Shown: positions 1 to 10,695 of the stretch, one piece after another
Numbering within the stretch: the first letter of the stretch is position 1
How the letters are laid out: each line of letters starts with the position of its first letter
DNA from: Reticulomyxa filosa
Lineage: Eukaryota; Protista; Foraminifera
DNA length: 36,350 nucleotides
Direction: 5' to 3'
Assembly (NCBI GenBank): GCA_000512085.1
Contig: ASPP01000688.1
Location: forward strand, 1-36,350
Notes under the pieces: model-generated
The model's database searches: none
Told to the model about the DNA's origin: nothing
What the model saw: only the letters and a program-made list of their open reading frames with translations
Made by a program: the position numbers and the translations under genes

Positions 1-57
1 CATATGCATACATATGTAGACAGTGCGATACACACAAAAAAACAAAGACCCACTCAC

Positions 58-916
58 TTGATGCCCAATTCGTCAAGCAAATAGCGCCGAACGGTCAGCA
101 GAAACATGTACTGCACATCGTTGAACATGTAGACGTGGCTAAGCAGAGCACGCTTTTGAAGAGACGATTGGGGCGGGTGAAACTTACCATTAGACTCAAT
201 TGCATTGCCATGACTGTAATAATAGTTCAAATATTCCATTGGCAAATTCTCCCGCAATTCATACATTTTACGATCCGCATATTCCAATACGTCGTCCAAA
301 CTCCACGTTCGAAACCACTCTTCAAATGCATTTCCTTTCTTTAATTATATATGTATATGTGTATACATATAATATGCATCCTCTTTTTGTATTACATTAA
401 TTATGACAAAGAAAAGATACATTACGCACAAACTTGGAAAGTAAGCTTTTGAAATTGAAAAGACTCCAAACGCAGCTTGATGACCTCAAACAATTCGAGT
501 AATACATTTCGGTCATCAATTTGCATTAGCACACTTCCTGCAAACAATTGGTTGTACGAACTTGGCCCACCTTCCGTCTTCATCGAAATGACACGAAGAC
601 CGGTGTTATTTCCACGGAACAGTGGCTTGATTGTCCATTCAAACGATCCTTTTTGCTCTTCATTGTTTCGATGCCAATGAAACCAACTTTCGTCATTTTT
701 GTCCATTTCTATGCTTATCACGTTCAACTCTTTTCTCGTCTTTTTCCCCCTTTCTTCGTCGGCTTCATCTGTCTCCTCTGGGGGACTCCACCCTGTTTCC
801 CCTTTTCCACCTTTCTTCATTTGCCGTTGCTGAGGGAACGCGGAGGGCTTACTGTTCTTTATCATTTGCACATTTGACAACGTCGATACCGACATGCAAG
901 GAACCGAGTTGCCCAT
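58..916 (-). CDS. Putative N-myristoylated/palmitoylated protein with a PDZ-like domain; 3' part runs off the window start (exons 916-434 and 338-58)
   Basis: ORF 422..943 contains the start MGNSVPC (ATG at 916; Gly2 plus nearby Cys) and a PDZ-like segment GLRVISMKTEGGPS...LFAGSVLMQIDDRNV. A phase-0 GTTTGT..AAAG intron (433-339) joins it in frame to ORF 54..299. A GTGAGT donor at 57 opens the next intron. Confidence 0.6.
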
Positions 917-2869
917 TTTTAGCTTGTCTTGTTTGTCCTGCAAACAAAGTGCTCTCTTATCGAATTTAAAAACAATGTGAGGCAGCTTTTTTTTTCCTTT
1001 TGTTTTTTCCCTTGTTTCCCTTTTTCTTTCTGCTACTTTTAATTACAAATGTTACTGCTGCTCCGTGAAGCACTTCCGGATCCCTTCTTTTGCTTTTGGT
1101 GTATAGTTTTAATTTGGGATCATGATTTCTGACCTTTTTTTACAAAAACATATACGTTTAAAATACGAATAAAAAAACGTTTGCCTTTGAAAATATTCCT
1201 CCACATTCATCACTATGTCTGTGAATGCATTCATACAGTTCAAAAGGAGAAAAAAGCTAAACAAAGAGCATATTCACCACATTCAAATCTAATCCATAAA
1301 AGATTTATATTCTGATGACAAATTTAATCTACGCTTGCTTAAATTATTTCTGATCAAAAATGATCCGATGTAATTTTTTTTACATGCAAACTTTTGCTTG
1401 TTTCGAAAATTGACTGTTTCAAAACTTGTTTTTACAGATTTGCTTTTGTAAAAGACGATATCTTTTGTTTAAAAAACATTTCTCTCATTTTTTTCTATTT
1501 TTTTTGCCTTTTTGGAATTTATGTAAATACATTGTTAGAAGAACACATTAAAGTTAGTAAAAAGGGAGTAAGATTTTGATTTTTTCTGTTTATCTTTCAA
1601 GAGGTTTTTGTGATTACTTATGGCTGTTAATATTGATGAATTATTGTTTTTTCCTTTTTTTAAAGGAAACTTTTATATTAAAGTTGATTTTATATGCCAA
1701 CATTTTTAATAAAACTTTTGAACATTTAAAATTGTGAAATAAAAACAACTGTTACTGTTTAAATTTTTATTTTATATTTCATAAAATATGCGTTTGTGAT
1801 TATACAAGAATTATATCATTTGATATTCATCAATAAATAATTCCATATGGATTAAAAGGTAAATTAAATAATACTATTACTTCAAATTCAGCTTACAATT
1901 ATTCAATTCAAAACAATGAATGTATTATTCAAAGATATTTTGATAATTTAATTGTTAAATGTATGTGGGAAAAATCGACTGTATATAGAGAAATGTCAAT
2001 TGCTTGTGGGAAAAAGCAAATTTAGTGTGAAAGAAGGACAAGCTAATTTTTGCCTTGTAAATACTCTATATTACTAATGTACAGTTATTCAAATATGAAA
2101 TGTGTAATGAAATAAAATGCAAAATATGCAAACGTTCCTAGATGTTTCACCAGATAGTAATATGATTTGACAGTCTCATAAAAAAAACAATCCGAGTATG
2201 GACACAACACAAAATAACATTTGACACCAAAAGTAACAAAATAAAAGTTGTGCGTTTACGTTTTCATTTAAAATAAGATTTTACTGTTCTCCGCTTTATT
2301 GTTGTGGATTTCTTATTCTTGAAGTTGGCTTTAGTTCAGAAAAATTACACAACTACTCTTTTTTTTGTACGAATCGTTAAATTATATTTGTGGAATATCC
2401 AGGACCGTTATTTGTTAAAAAACAAGACCCCATGCTCTAGCAACTTTTTAAAAACCTTATCAAATAGACACTTATGCTCTATTTTACTTCCAAAAAAATT
2501 ATGTAATTTTTTTGTTCAAAATTTGACATTTCAAAAACTGACTACGTGCAAATCAGCCAACTTTATGATGTTTAAAAAGGTTTTGTCTGATTTGGTTGTG
2601 ATATTTCATGCTGGGCTATGCATTGATTGAAACACAAGTATTCTTTTCTAATCAATTTCTTCCAGCTTTCTCTTGCAAGCACATTTACTCTTTCCGTGCA
2701 TATTAGTTTTTAACAAAAAAAAACTATGGCATAATGTTGCAGTTAAACGTATGACGTGCAGAGGAATTGAGGAGGTATTTCACAACATTTTCTTGATGAC
2801 ATAAACTTCTACCAGAAATTTTTATTCTAAGCAAGACTTAAAAAAGAAAAGTGCAATTGAAAGGTATTT

Positions 2870-3927
2870 TTATCGTGGATCTCCTTGAGCAAGCCCAATG
2901 GTTCCACAGGCCACACGAGCCCCCGCATGGCCAGTCGTTTTGGAGTCAGGGAACCCACCTTTTCCTAAGTCGTCTTCGTCAGCATGCAAAACAAAACTTC
3001 GTCCAACTACGGAATATGGTCCACCTTAAAAAAACGAACAAACAAAAGCAATTCATCGACTTCTTTACACTTCAGATAAAAACAAACAAAAAAAGGATAC
3101 TTTGTTAAAACTAAACAAAGTTTGACTTGGGAATCTTGTATATCGAGGGTCGCTTTTCCATCCTTGCCCGCAACCACGTTGCCAAGATCGCCAACATGTC
3201 TTTCTTCATCATTTGGTCCTCCTAATTTTTTTTTTTAAACTGTTCTTTATTTCTTCTCCTTTTTTTTTTCCTCCCCCCCTTGTTTCTATCCTTTTCTCTC
3301 TTTCTTGTATCCCCAACAGAATAAAGAGTTTATAATGAAAATAACCATGATTTTTTTCAAATGGGTTGTAATGTGCCCCTGCTGTTTTGCACCCTTCAGA
3401 GAGGTCACCAAATTGGTGAATGTGAAATCCATGTTTGGTATTTGGCGGAAGTCCGCTAATTTCTGCGTGAATTGCTGTCACCTTGCCGTCGCATGTGAGT
3501 TCAACTTTTCCATCTTTTTTTTTTTAAAAAAAGGGGAAAGGACATCATAAAAACGTTCATAGTTTTTTTTAAAACTGTGTTTATTGGTTTAGTGTTTGCT
3601 TTGGTACAATACTACTCCTCCACTTTTGATATAAAGAAAAGGTTCTTAACTGACGTTGGAACCACCATCAGGTTTTAGTAAACATATTGCACGGCATGGT
3701 TTTTCAGGAGTTCCACGAAATCCTTTTCCACACTGACAGTTGCCTCCCTTGCCACATTTGCAAGAGCCGCCCACTGAACAGCCACCCACTGAAGAGCCAC
3801 CCATTGAACAGCCACCGCTCTTTTGGCATATTCCAATCTTTCCTATCTGGCAGGAATTTTGGCAAGCCCACCAAGAGGCTCCTGCTCCGGCTGCAAAAGT
3901 TACCAAATATTTAAATGCTCGAGACAT
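2870..3927 (-). CDS. SOD1: Cu/Zn superoxide dismutase with an N-terminal hydrophobic and Cys/Gly-rich extension (exons 3927-3651, 3513-3346, 3221-3117, 3024-2870; ~234 aa)
   Basis: The spliced product has all SOD1 metal ligands and signatures: [61 protein letters not shown]. Three GT-AG introns keep the frame. Confidence 0.95.
3767..3820 (-). repeat. Imperfect 15-bp tandem repeat encoding GG(C/S)S(M/V) x3 in the SOD extension
   Basis: Plus-strand units gccgcccactgaaca / gccacccactgaaga / gccacccattgaaca. Confidence 0.8.
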
Positions 3928-4248
3928 AGTACTTCTCCTTGACTTGTTTTGAATGACAATTTCAACTTAAAAAAGACGTTCCTTAAAAAAAAGTCAAAAG
4001 CTTGAGTGTCGTCTTCGTTCGGGTACAACAAAGAGTAGATGGGAAAAATGCCATTCTTTTTTATTGCTACAAGCACTTTGAAAATTTGAAATACAGTCAA
4101 CGTCAAGCAGACGGTGGAAATTCTCTAGTAGGGAAAATTTAACTAACTTAAAAACTTAAAACTTTTGAATCTCCACACAATTCAAAAGTATCATTTTGTG
4201 TTCAAGAAGCCCCTTTTTCTTAGAATCACCAGCAATTGGTAAATAATT

Positions 4249-5584
4249 ATGGCATTATTAGCAGGCGACAAGAAAAAGAAATTATTGATGGTCCCAGGAC
4301 CAATAGAATGTGATCAAGAAGTGTTGCAAATGATAGGACAGCCTTCAGAATCAGTGGTACACCCAATTTTTATCAAATCATTTGGTGACTGTTTACGAAA
4401 CATGCGCAAACTATTTTGTGCAAATGAAAGCTGTCAACCGTTTATACTGTCAGGAGGAGGAGCACTAGGTTGGGACTGCACAGTAGTGTCGCTCTTGGAA
4501 AGTAAAAAGGACAAGGCGCTAGTCCTAAATACAGGTTACTTTGGCGAAAATTTCCGTGACTGTTGCCGTGCATACGACATTGAGACGGACGAGTTACAAT
4601 TTCCAATTGGCGCGGCGGCCAATGTTTCTGACTTGGAAAAGCAACTGAAAAAGAAAAAATACAAATTGTTGACAATAACCCAAGTTAAAAATCATTTTCT
4701 CCCTAAAAAACATAAAAGTATCCTCGAATTTGTGTACATGTATTGCACTTTTTTTTTTTAAAAAAAAAAAAAAAACAAAAAAAAAAAAAAAGGTGGAAAC
4801 GTCGACAGGTGTTTGCAATGACGTCCGTGAATTGGCGGACACGTGTCGCCGAGTTTCTCCCGAAACATTGATCGCAGTGGACGGGGTGTGTTCGTTTGCT
4901 GCCGTACCGTTTTATTTTAGTGATTGGAATATCGATATCGCAATAACGGCATCTCAAAAAGCATTGGGGGCACCTCCTGGCTTATGCGTGATGATGTTGT
5001 CAGAACGGACGTGTAAGTACCTAATGAGCGAACAACGTAAAAATGCAGTGAGGAGTTGGTATTGCAATTTGCAACAGTGGCTGCCTATCATGCAAGGCTA
5101 CGAAAAAGGTCAGATTTGTTACTTTTCCACACCCAATGTGAATTTGATCAAGGCTTTGTTGGTGTCCTCCCAACAACTGCTCAATGATGGGCTGGAGCGC
5201 AGCTTTGCACGTCATAGACATGCCACGCTCAGCTTTCGAGAAGCGATGAGGGCTTTGAACTTGTCCTTGTTGGTTCCGAATGATGATCAAGCTGCCGCTA
5301 CTGTCACTGCTGTGTGGTTTCCTCCAAATATCAACCCTGCAGAGTTTTTGAAATATATTGATGATTTTGGGGTAGTCGTTTCTGGTGGATTGCATCGCAA
5401 AATTAAAACTCAATATTTTCGAGTTGGACACATGGGCATCAGCGTCAATCCAAATCGAACTGACTTGCTTCAAACAGTTCAGGCTATTGAATATGCCTTA
5501 GCAAAATGTAAAGTTAGTAATTTTGAAAAGGGTGCCGGTATCAGTGCTTTTACCTCAGCTTTTGGTACTGTTTCTAAATTATAA
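4249..5584 (+). CDS. AGXT: Alanine-glyoxylate / serine-pyruvate aminotransferase (class V PLP enzyme), peroxisomal (exons 4249-4683, 4793-5584; ~408 aa)
   Basis: Motifs LLMVPGP, NTGYFG, TQ|VETSTGV, AVDGVCS, TASQKALGAPPG (PLP lysine), FSTPNV and FRVGHMG. C-terminal PTS1 signal SKL. One phase-0 GTTAAA..AAG intron. Confidence 0.93.
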
Positions 5585-5656
5585 TTAAGTTAATCATAAA
5601 AGGAAGATCTCTCCATTTATTCTTAAAAAAAATAAATTGCAACTCGCATTTCATAA

Positions 5657-6305
5657 ATACTCAACTGGCAGCTTAAATAATTTCCATAAAGGCAATACAA
5701 GAATTTTTTGGAAAAATCTAATTTTTCTTCTTGACCTAAATTGTTAATTTATCTACGAAGGGTAAATAGTTACGGTAAATTTTAAGGGCTACTCTCACTC
5801 TGATATCTGAAAAGCGATAAAAAGATATCACAACCATAACCGTATTTCGGCAAATTTTAATATAGACTTTTAAGTTTGCTGACTTGTTAATAGTGTAAGA
5901 AGAGTAGTTACAACTAAGTGTAATACGAAAGGCACTTTGTTCAAAATAAAATATCAGTAAAACAGAATTAAATAAGGATAATTCTCAAAACATAAAACAA
6001 GAATGAATAAAGAAACAGTGATACATTCGGTATAAGTGAAAAGTGATAAATTTTTTATAAGTGTGTAGGGCAAGCCCTTATCACACATGGCTGAACGCCT
6101 ATGGAACTGAGGAGCTCCCTTTGGGTTAAACCTCCTCAACAAACTACCTCTTACTTGTTTTCTCTTACTTCTTTTGTCTTCTGATTTATTCTTTAATTTA
6201 CTTTGTTTACTGAAAGTCGCTCTCATTGAGAGTAACAATCTTTCGTATTACATTTAGTGAAGCTCTTCACTGTAGACTCCCCACAAGTGTGGTATATTTT
6301 TTCTC
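5657..6305 (+). ncRNA. U1: Expanded variant U1 snRNA candidate (~650 nt; 3' end uncertain, may extend to ~6410)
   Basis: 5' end ATACTCAACTGGCAG (5657-5671) matches human U1 ATACTTACCTGGCAG at 13/15. U1-70K-like loop ATCTACGAAG at 5751-5760 (human GATCACGAAG). Contiguous four-way junction: helix H gcag 5668-5671 / ctgt 6270-6273; SL1 5672-5786; SL2 5787-5909 (ggctactct/agagtagtt); SL3 5913-6258 (19-bp stem 5913-5931/6240-6258). Sm-like ATTTTTTC at 6296-6303. Stem imperfections are mostly G.U pairs on the + strand. No credible ORF. Confidence 0.8.
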
Positions 6306-6484
6306 AAATTAATAATCAATACTTTATAAATTAATTTAATTTACAATTTCTTTCGTCCTTTTAAAGATTTTATTTTAATGAAAAATCCTAATTAAAAAGA
6401 CCCGAAGCAAACTCTATTTCTTAACTTTTTTTTAAAAAGAAGTTTTTTTCAGTTTTTATTAGTAAAAATATTTTGCTAAATAAA

Positions 6485-9216
6485 ATGTTAGGAGTTTTGA
6501 CTTTATTACTTATTTTAGGTTTGACACTAAGAAGTAGTGTGGGGTCAATGATAATAAGTTGTCCGACAAACGCCGATTGTGAAGTAAACTGTGCAAACAG
6601 CACGTGCGCTAACAAAAAAATTACTGTCCGATAAGTACCAATTCCAAAAGCTACAATTGCACAGTCCGTTGTTTAACTGCCTACTCCTGCCTCAACACAG
6701 TAATTCGAGCGACCAATGATACTTCCACTTTACTTTTCGAAGCACTTCAAACGAATGTCTCTCACAATGCAGGTTCGTTTTTTTGTTTTTTTTTGAACGG
6801 CATTGTTTTAAAAAAAGTTTAAACATAAATTGTTCTAGCGATATTTGCCAATGGTGCAAATAATGTGCAAATTCTATGTAATGGAATTTGTTCGTGTGAT
6901 TCTATGACATTGATGGTAAAGAAAGCACAGTCGGTGACGGTGATAATAAACAAAACCATTGAAAACAGAGCCTTATATGCGATGAACTACGGGGCGTTGA
7001 ATATCAACGATTCACAAAACGTATACTTAAGTTGTAACAACCCAAATACATGCCTGTATACCGAATGGAATCTTTACGGCAATGACAACGTATCGATTGT
7101 TTGCAATGGATATTATGCTTGTTATGAAAGTAGAATTACGATCGGTCAATCCCAACAAGTCATGTTTCAAGGTTAATCTCTTATACTTTGTACAAAAAAA
7201 AAATTACTTTTGCATGTACCTATAAACATATATAAATACAAAAAAAAAAAAAAACAAAAAAACAAAACATGATAGCGACGTCAGGTCAACCCTCTGTACT
7301 GCAAAGCTGGATAACCTTCAAAAAAGTAACGTCATTGACCGTGCAGGGTGCGGACGGTGCAATACTAAACAACTGGTACTACTTGACTGACATTGAGAGA
7401 TTCTTGTTAGATATTGCTGGTACCGGAAACACGCTAGGCACTGCATGGAGCAGCGATAATGTATCCAGTGTCGCGATTGGCAGTTTTGTAATAATTAATA
7501 CACAAATAATTTACTTTTTACAAATTTTTTGTTGGCTTTTCTTAAAAAAAAAAAAATGACAAATTGAAAAGATTGGAATGTAACATCTTATTGGCTGACA
7601 AGTAAAGTAGCAGATGCGTATCAATGTCCAAATGACAGGGACTGCCACATTCGTGTGGATACAGCAATGGGCAAATATGTGAACATATCATGTCCATCAG
7701 CAAATCGCTCCTCTTCCACAGACGGAAACCAGCCAAAATGCTTGTTTTATTGCACTGCTAATGGTGGTTGTAATGGCATTCGATTGTTTGCTATTGACAG
7801 TCCTTACGTCACGTTATTCTTCAATCCTACTAGCAATTCTGGCTTTTTCTGTCAGTTTTTTTTTTTTTGCTTTTCTTTGATTTTTGTTGTTGTTATAGTA
7901 GCATATGTACACTATATGCTTTTGAAATTTTGTATTCGTACTTTGTTTATCGTTTGTGTGGGTATATGAAATATAAGAACACAAACTTTAAAAAAAAAAG
8001 TGAATGCAAATGGCTCTGGACTGAACGAATACGAAGGGGTAATAAATATTAGCTGCAACACTGAGTATAGTTGCAGAAGGGCAGTGTTCCAAGTGTCGAG
8101 ATATGCCACTCCGACAGTGTCTTGCAACGCCTACATGTCGTGCGAATCGACCCAATTCAACATATCAAACTTTCACAATTACGCAACGATCATGTCGTCC
8201 AACTCTGCCATGTACGAGGCGACGTTGTCACTGTGGTCTGGATCCACCGTTTTTGCCGCAAGCAAGTATAGTTCTGGTGCAGAATTGTCATTTTATAACA
8301 CTTTTTGGTCGTTTGATGATATTGACCAAGTCGACATGATCTGTTTCGTTTTTCTTTTGTTTAAATCTCACTTTGGGGAATAATGATCATTGATAGCAAA
8401 AAAAAAAAAAAAAAACCAATTGAAAATTAGGTGAACAAAACAGTGACTGCCTCGAAGCAAAATTTAACGTGTCAAAAGTGAATCAAATGAGAGTAGTCTG
8501 TAACAGTAATTCTTTTAATTCTGGCGAAAATTGCCGCAGCGCCAAATTTGATGTAGACCAATACACCGATTTTGATTTGACGTGCGCTGGGTTCTTTTCA
8601 TGCTTTAATATGAGTGTTTGGTACGACGCGAGCCAACCGTATTACCACAGATGTGACATTGGATGCTACTTTAACTCTTTTAATCAAGATGCCCCAAGCT
8701 GTGATACTGTGAATATTATCGTGGAGAACAATCAAATAGGTTATCAAGTCATTTCTCTGTGGTGTCAGATTATTGATGATAATCAAGCCTGTAACGATGT
8801 CACTGTCCAATGTGGAGACTCAGAATTAATGTGTACGTGTCCTGTTTTGTATGACTCCAAAACAGGTATATGTGTGTTTTTTTCCCCAATTCTGTTCTAT
8901 CATAATAATGCATTTTGCTTCGACGTCTCATTACGAATATTGGGATGGGAACAACAAAAAAAAAAAAAAAGGAGTTTGGGATTGTGAGGGCAAATGTGGC
9001 ACGTCCATTTGCGAGGACAGTTCGAACAGTGGCAAGTTGTCTATTCACGCAATTGCTAGAATTGTGTTGTCGGTGTTGGCTGCTGTTGTGTTGTTAAGTT
9101 GCGTTTGCTATCGGTGCTTCAAAAAACGCCAAAGCAGAAATCGACTGTTGCCATCGTCGGAAGAAGGTAGGCAAAATAATGTTCCATTTCCTAACATTGC
9201 TTATCAAACAATGTGA
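6485..9216 (+). CDS. Cys-rich repetitive type I membrane (cell-surface) protein; 7 exons; one apparent -1 frameshift near 6620
   Basis: Signal peptide MLGVLTLLLILGLTLRSSVG from ATG 6485. Repeated Cys-spaced modules (e.g. CNGYYACYESRITI, CAGFFSCFNMSVWY). Near-C-terminal TM IARIVLSVLAAVVLLSCVCY followed by basic RCFKKR. In-phase GT-AG introns at 6773-6838, 7172-7275, 7483-7571, 7851-8000, 8343-8430 and 8866-8971. Confidence 0.8.
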
Positions 9217-9462
9217 AAACAGAGTATTTTTTGATGGGTTGCTCTGTTCAAACAAAGGAGTGTATCGCCTTTTTTTTTTTCCCCCTCATATTGTTAATTA
9301 CTCGGTGAATGTGCTGCTTTCATAAACAAGGTGTTATATTTTCTTTTGTCCATGCATTTGTTTACGTTTTTTTTAATTCTAATTAAATACCGAAAAGAAG
9401 TAGTTCCATTTTTCACTATTTTTTTTTTAAAAGAAGAAGAGAAAAAGATGCATTAGTGAGGA

Positions 9463-10695
9463 TCAAAAACTTTCAATTGAAGCAACAAAAGCAACTCGAA
9501 TAGCAGGCAAAACAAAGAGACGCGCAACAATACTAAGACGTGTAAGTTGTTTAGAAAAGTTATTTGTGACTTTAGCAAGAGTATCTCCCCCGACAAATCT
9601 CTCAAGTAGCCACACATGCTCAATGAAGAGGCTAGAGGGCGTATTATCAGACAAAGATAGTTTAGCCTGACACAAGTAGCGTCTATCACATTTGGCCAAC
9701 TCAACAAGGTTGCGCTGGGAACGATGAGTGTGATGTTCAAAGTCATCCCAGCCAAACATTTGTTTTTCAAGGGACATTTCCTGTTCCCTGTGTTTCAGTT
9801 CATTGATTTTGTTCGTATCTTTTTTAAACGAATGTCTGATTATCAATAGTTTGGCCGTCGATTGATTCTTCGCCTCGGCCAGTTTCAGCATGTCCCCGTT
9901 CCATTGTTCCATCGAGTCAATGGTGGCCATTACGTTCCTGTATGTCTTCAACTGCCAAATTTGCGCATGACACACGAGCTCCTGGGTATAATCTACTTTC
10001 GTCCACATCAAATCTGCACATGGTTGTTGTTGTTGTTGTTGTCCAAGTGTGATGCTGCGAGATCCGATTTCTCGCAGACAATAGTGTGGATGATTAAGCA
10101 CATCGAAAAATATCAAATGGTTAAGGAATTTGGTGAAGAGTTCATTCAAATACTTTGGGAACAAGTGCAAGTGAAAGGATTGAGTAACCAATATCAGCGT
10201 GCCGTTGCTGACTGACTCAAAGTCACAGGACTGTCCATGGCAAAACGTGCCGAGCTCACCCAGTGTGTATTTTTTACGGATGTATGTGATCTTTGACAGT
10301 TTGCTGAGCTCAGATAAATAGTTGAACTTCCAGATCTCAAATGATTGCTTTTTTAATATCTCAAACTGCGGTTCATTGCTCTCGATTTCCTTTTTTTTTG
10401 ACTGCTTTCTCCTTTTCTTTTTATGCACTTGCGACAACGTTGAGGGTATCCTTTGTGACGAATACGTGAGACGACCAAAATCGCGACAGTATAATGTCTT
10501 CCAAAGCCACAATTTATTTGAAACAAACTTTACCAATCCATCCCCAAACAACCATTTATCTTCCTTTATTGTTGTGAACAAGCTTAATGCGCTTTCATAT
10601 GGCAAATAATAGACCAATAATTTTATTATTAACACTTTTTCATCATCATTCAATTCATTCAACAATATACTAGTCGAAATAATTTCATGATTCAT
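9463..10695 (-). CDS. Intronless ~410-aa protein with an N-terminal F-box-like motif
   Basis: Long uninterrupted ORF (9463..10755; first ATG at 10695). LNELNDDEKVLIIKLLVYYLPYESALSL...LWLWKTLYCRDFG resembles an F-box with its trailing WkxlxxrdF motif. Basic KKKRRKQSKKK is a possible NLS. Confidence 0.6.
   Translation of the reverse strand: MNHEIISTSILLNELNDDEKVLIIKLLVYYLPYESALSLFTTIKEDKWLFGDGLVKFVSNKLWLWKTLYCRDFGRLTYSSQRIPSTLSQVHKKKRRKQSKKKEIESNEPQFEILKKQSFEIWKFNYLSELSKLSKITYIRKKYTLGELGTFCHGQSCDFESVSNGTLILVTQSFHLHLFPKYLNELFTKFLNHLIFFDVLNHPHYCLREIGSRSITLGQQQQQQPCADLMWTKVDYTQELVCHAQIWQLKTYRNVMATIDSMEQWNGDMLKLAEAKNQSTAKLLIIRHSFKKDTNKINELKHREQEMSLEKQMFGWDDFEHHTHRSQRNLVELAKCDRRYLCQAKLSLSDNTPSSLFIEHVWLLERFVGGDTLAKVTNNFSKQLTRLSIVARLFVLPAIRVAFVASIESF

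Noticed and set aside
1180-2860. AT-rich intergenic region with short ORFs (1394..1579, 2304..2630)
   Set aside because: Non-ATG starts, F/K/L-biased composition, and no repeat or RNA motif I can support.
3598-3650. Apparent 27-nt non-canonical intron plus mini-exon (SGGVVLYQ) in the SOD gene
   Set aside because: A single canonical intron 3650-3514 yields VNGKVELTC, which already fits the first SOD beta strand.
5801-5890. Telomerase RNA idea: CAACCATAACC (5831-5841) after a hairpin looks like a template with a boundary element
   Set aside because: The U1 5' end, U1-70K-like loop and four-way junction explain the region better; no convincing pseudoknot, and the implied TTATGG telomere is unsupported.
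5954-6238. 94-aa minus-strand ORF
   Set aside because: No ATG at its start, no motif, and antisense to the structured RNA.
5890-6280. SRP RNA, RNase P/MRP RNA or a MITE as the source of the long inverted repeat
   Set aside because: No SRP helix-8 GNRA motif, no properly ordered CR-I/CR-V pair, no target-site duplication; strand-specific G.U pairs indicate selection on RNA structure.
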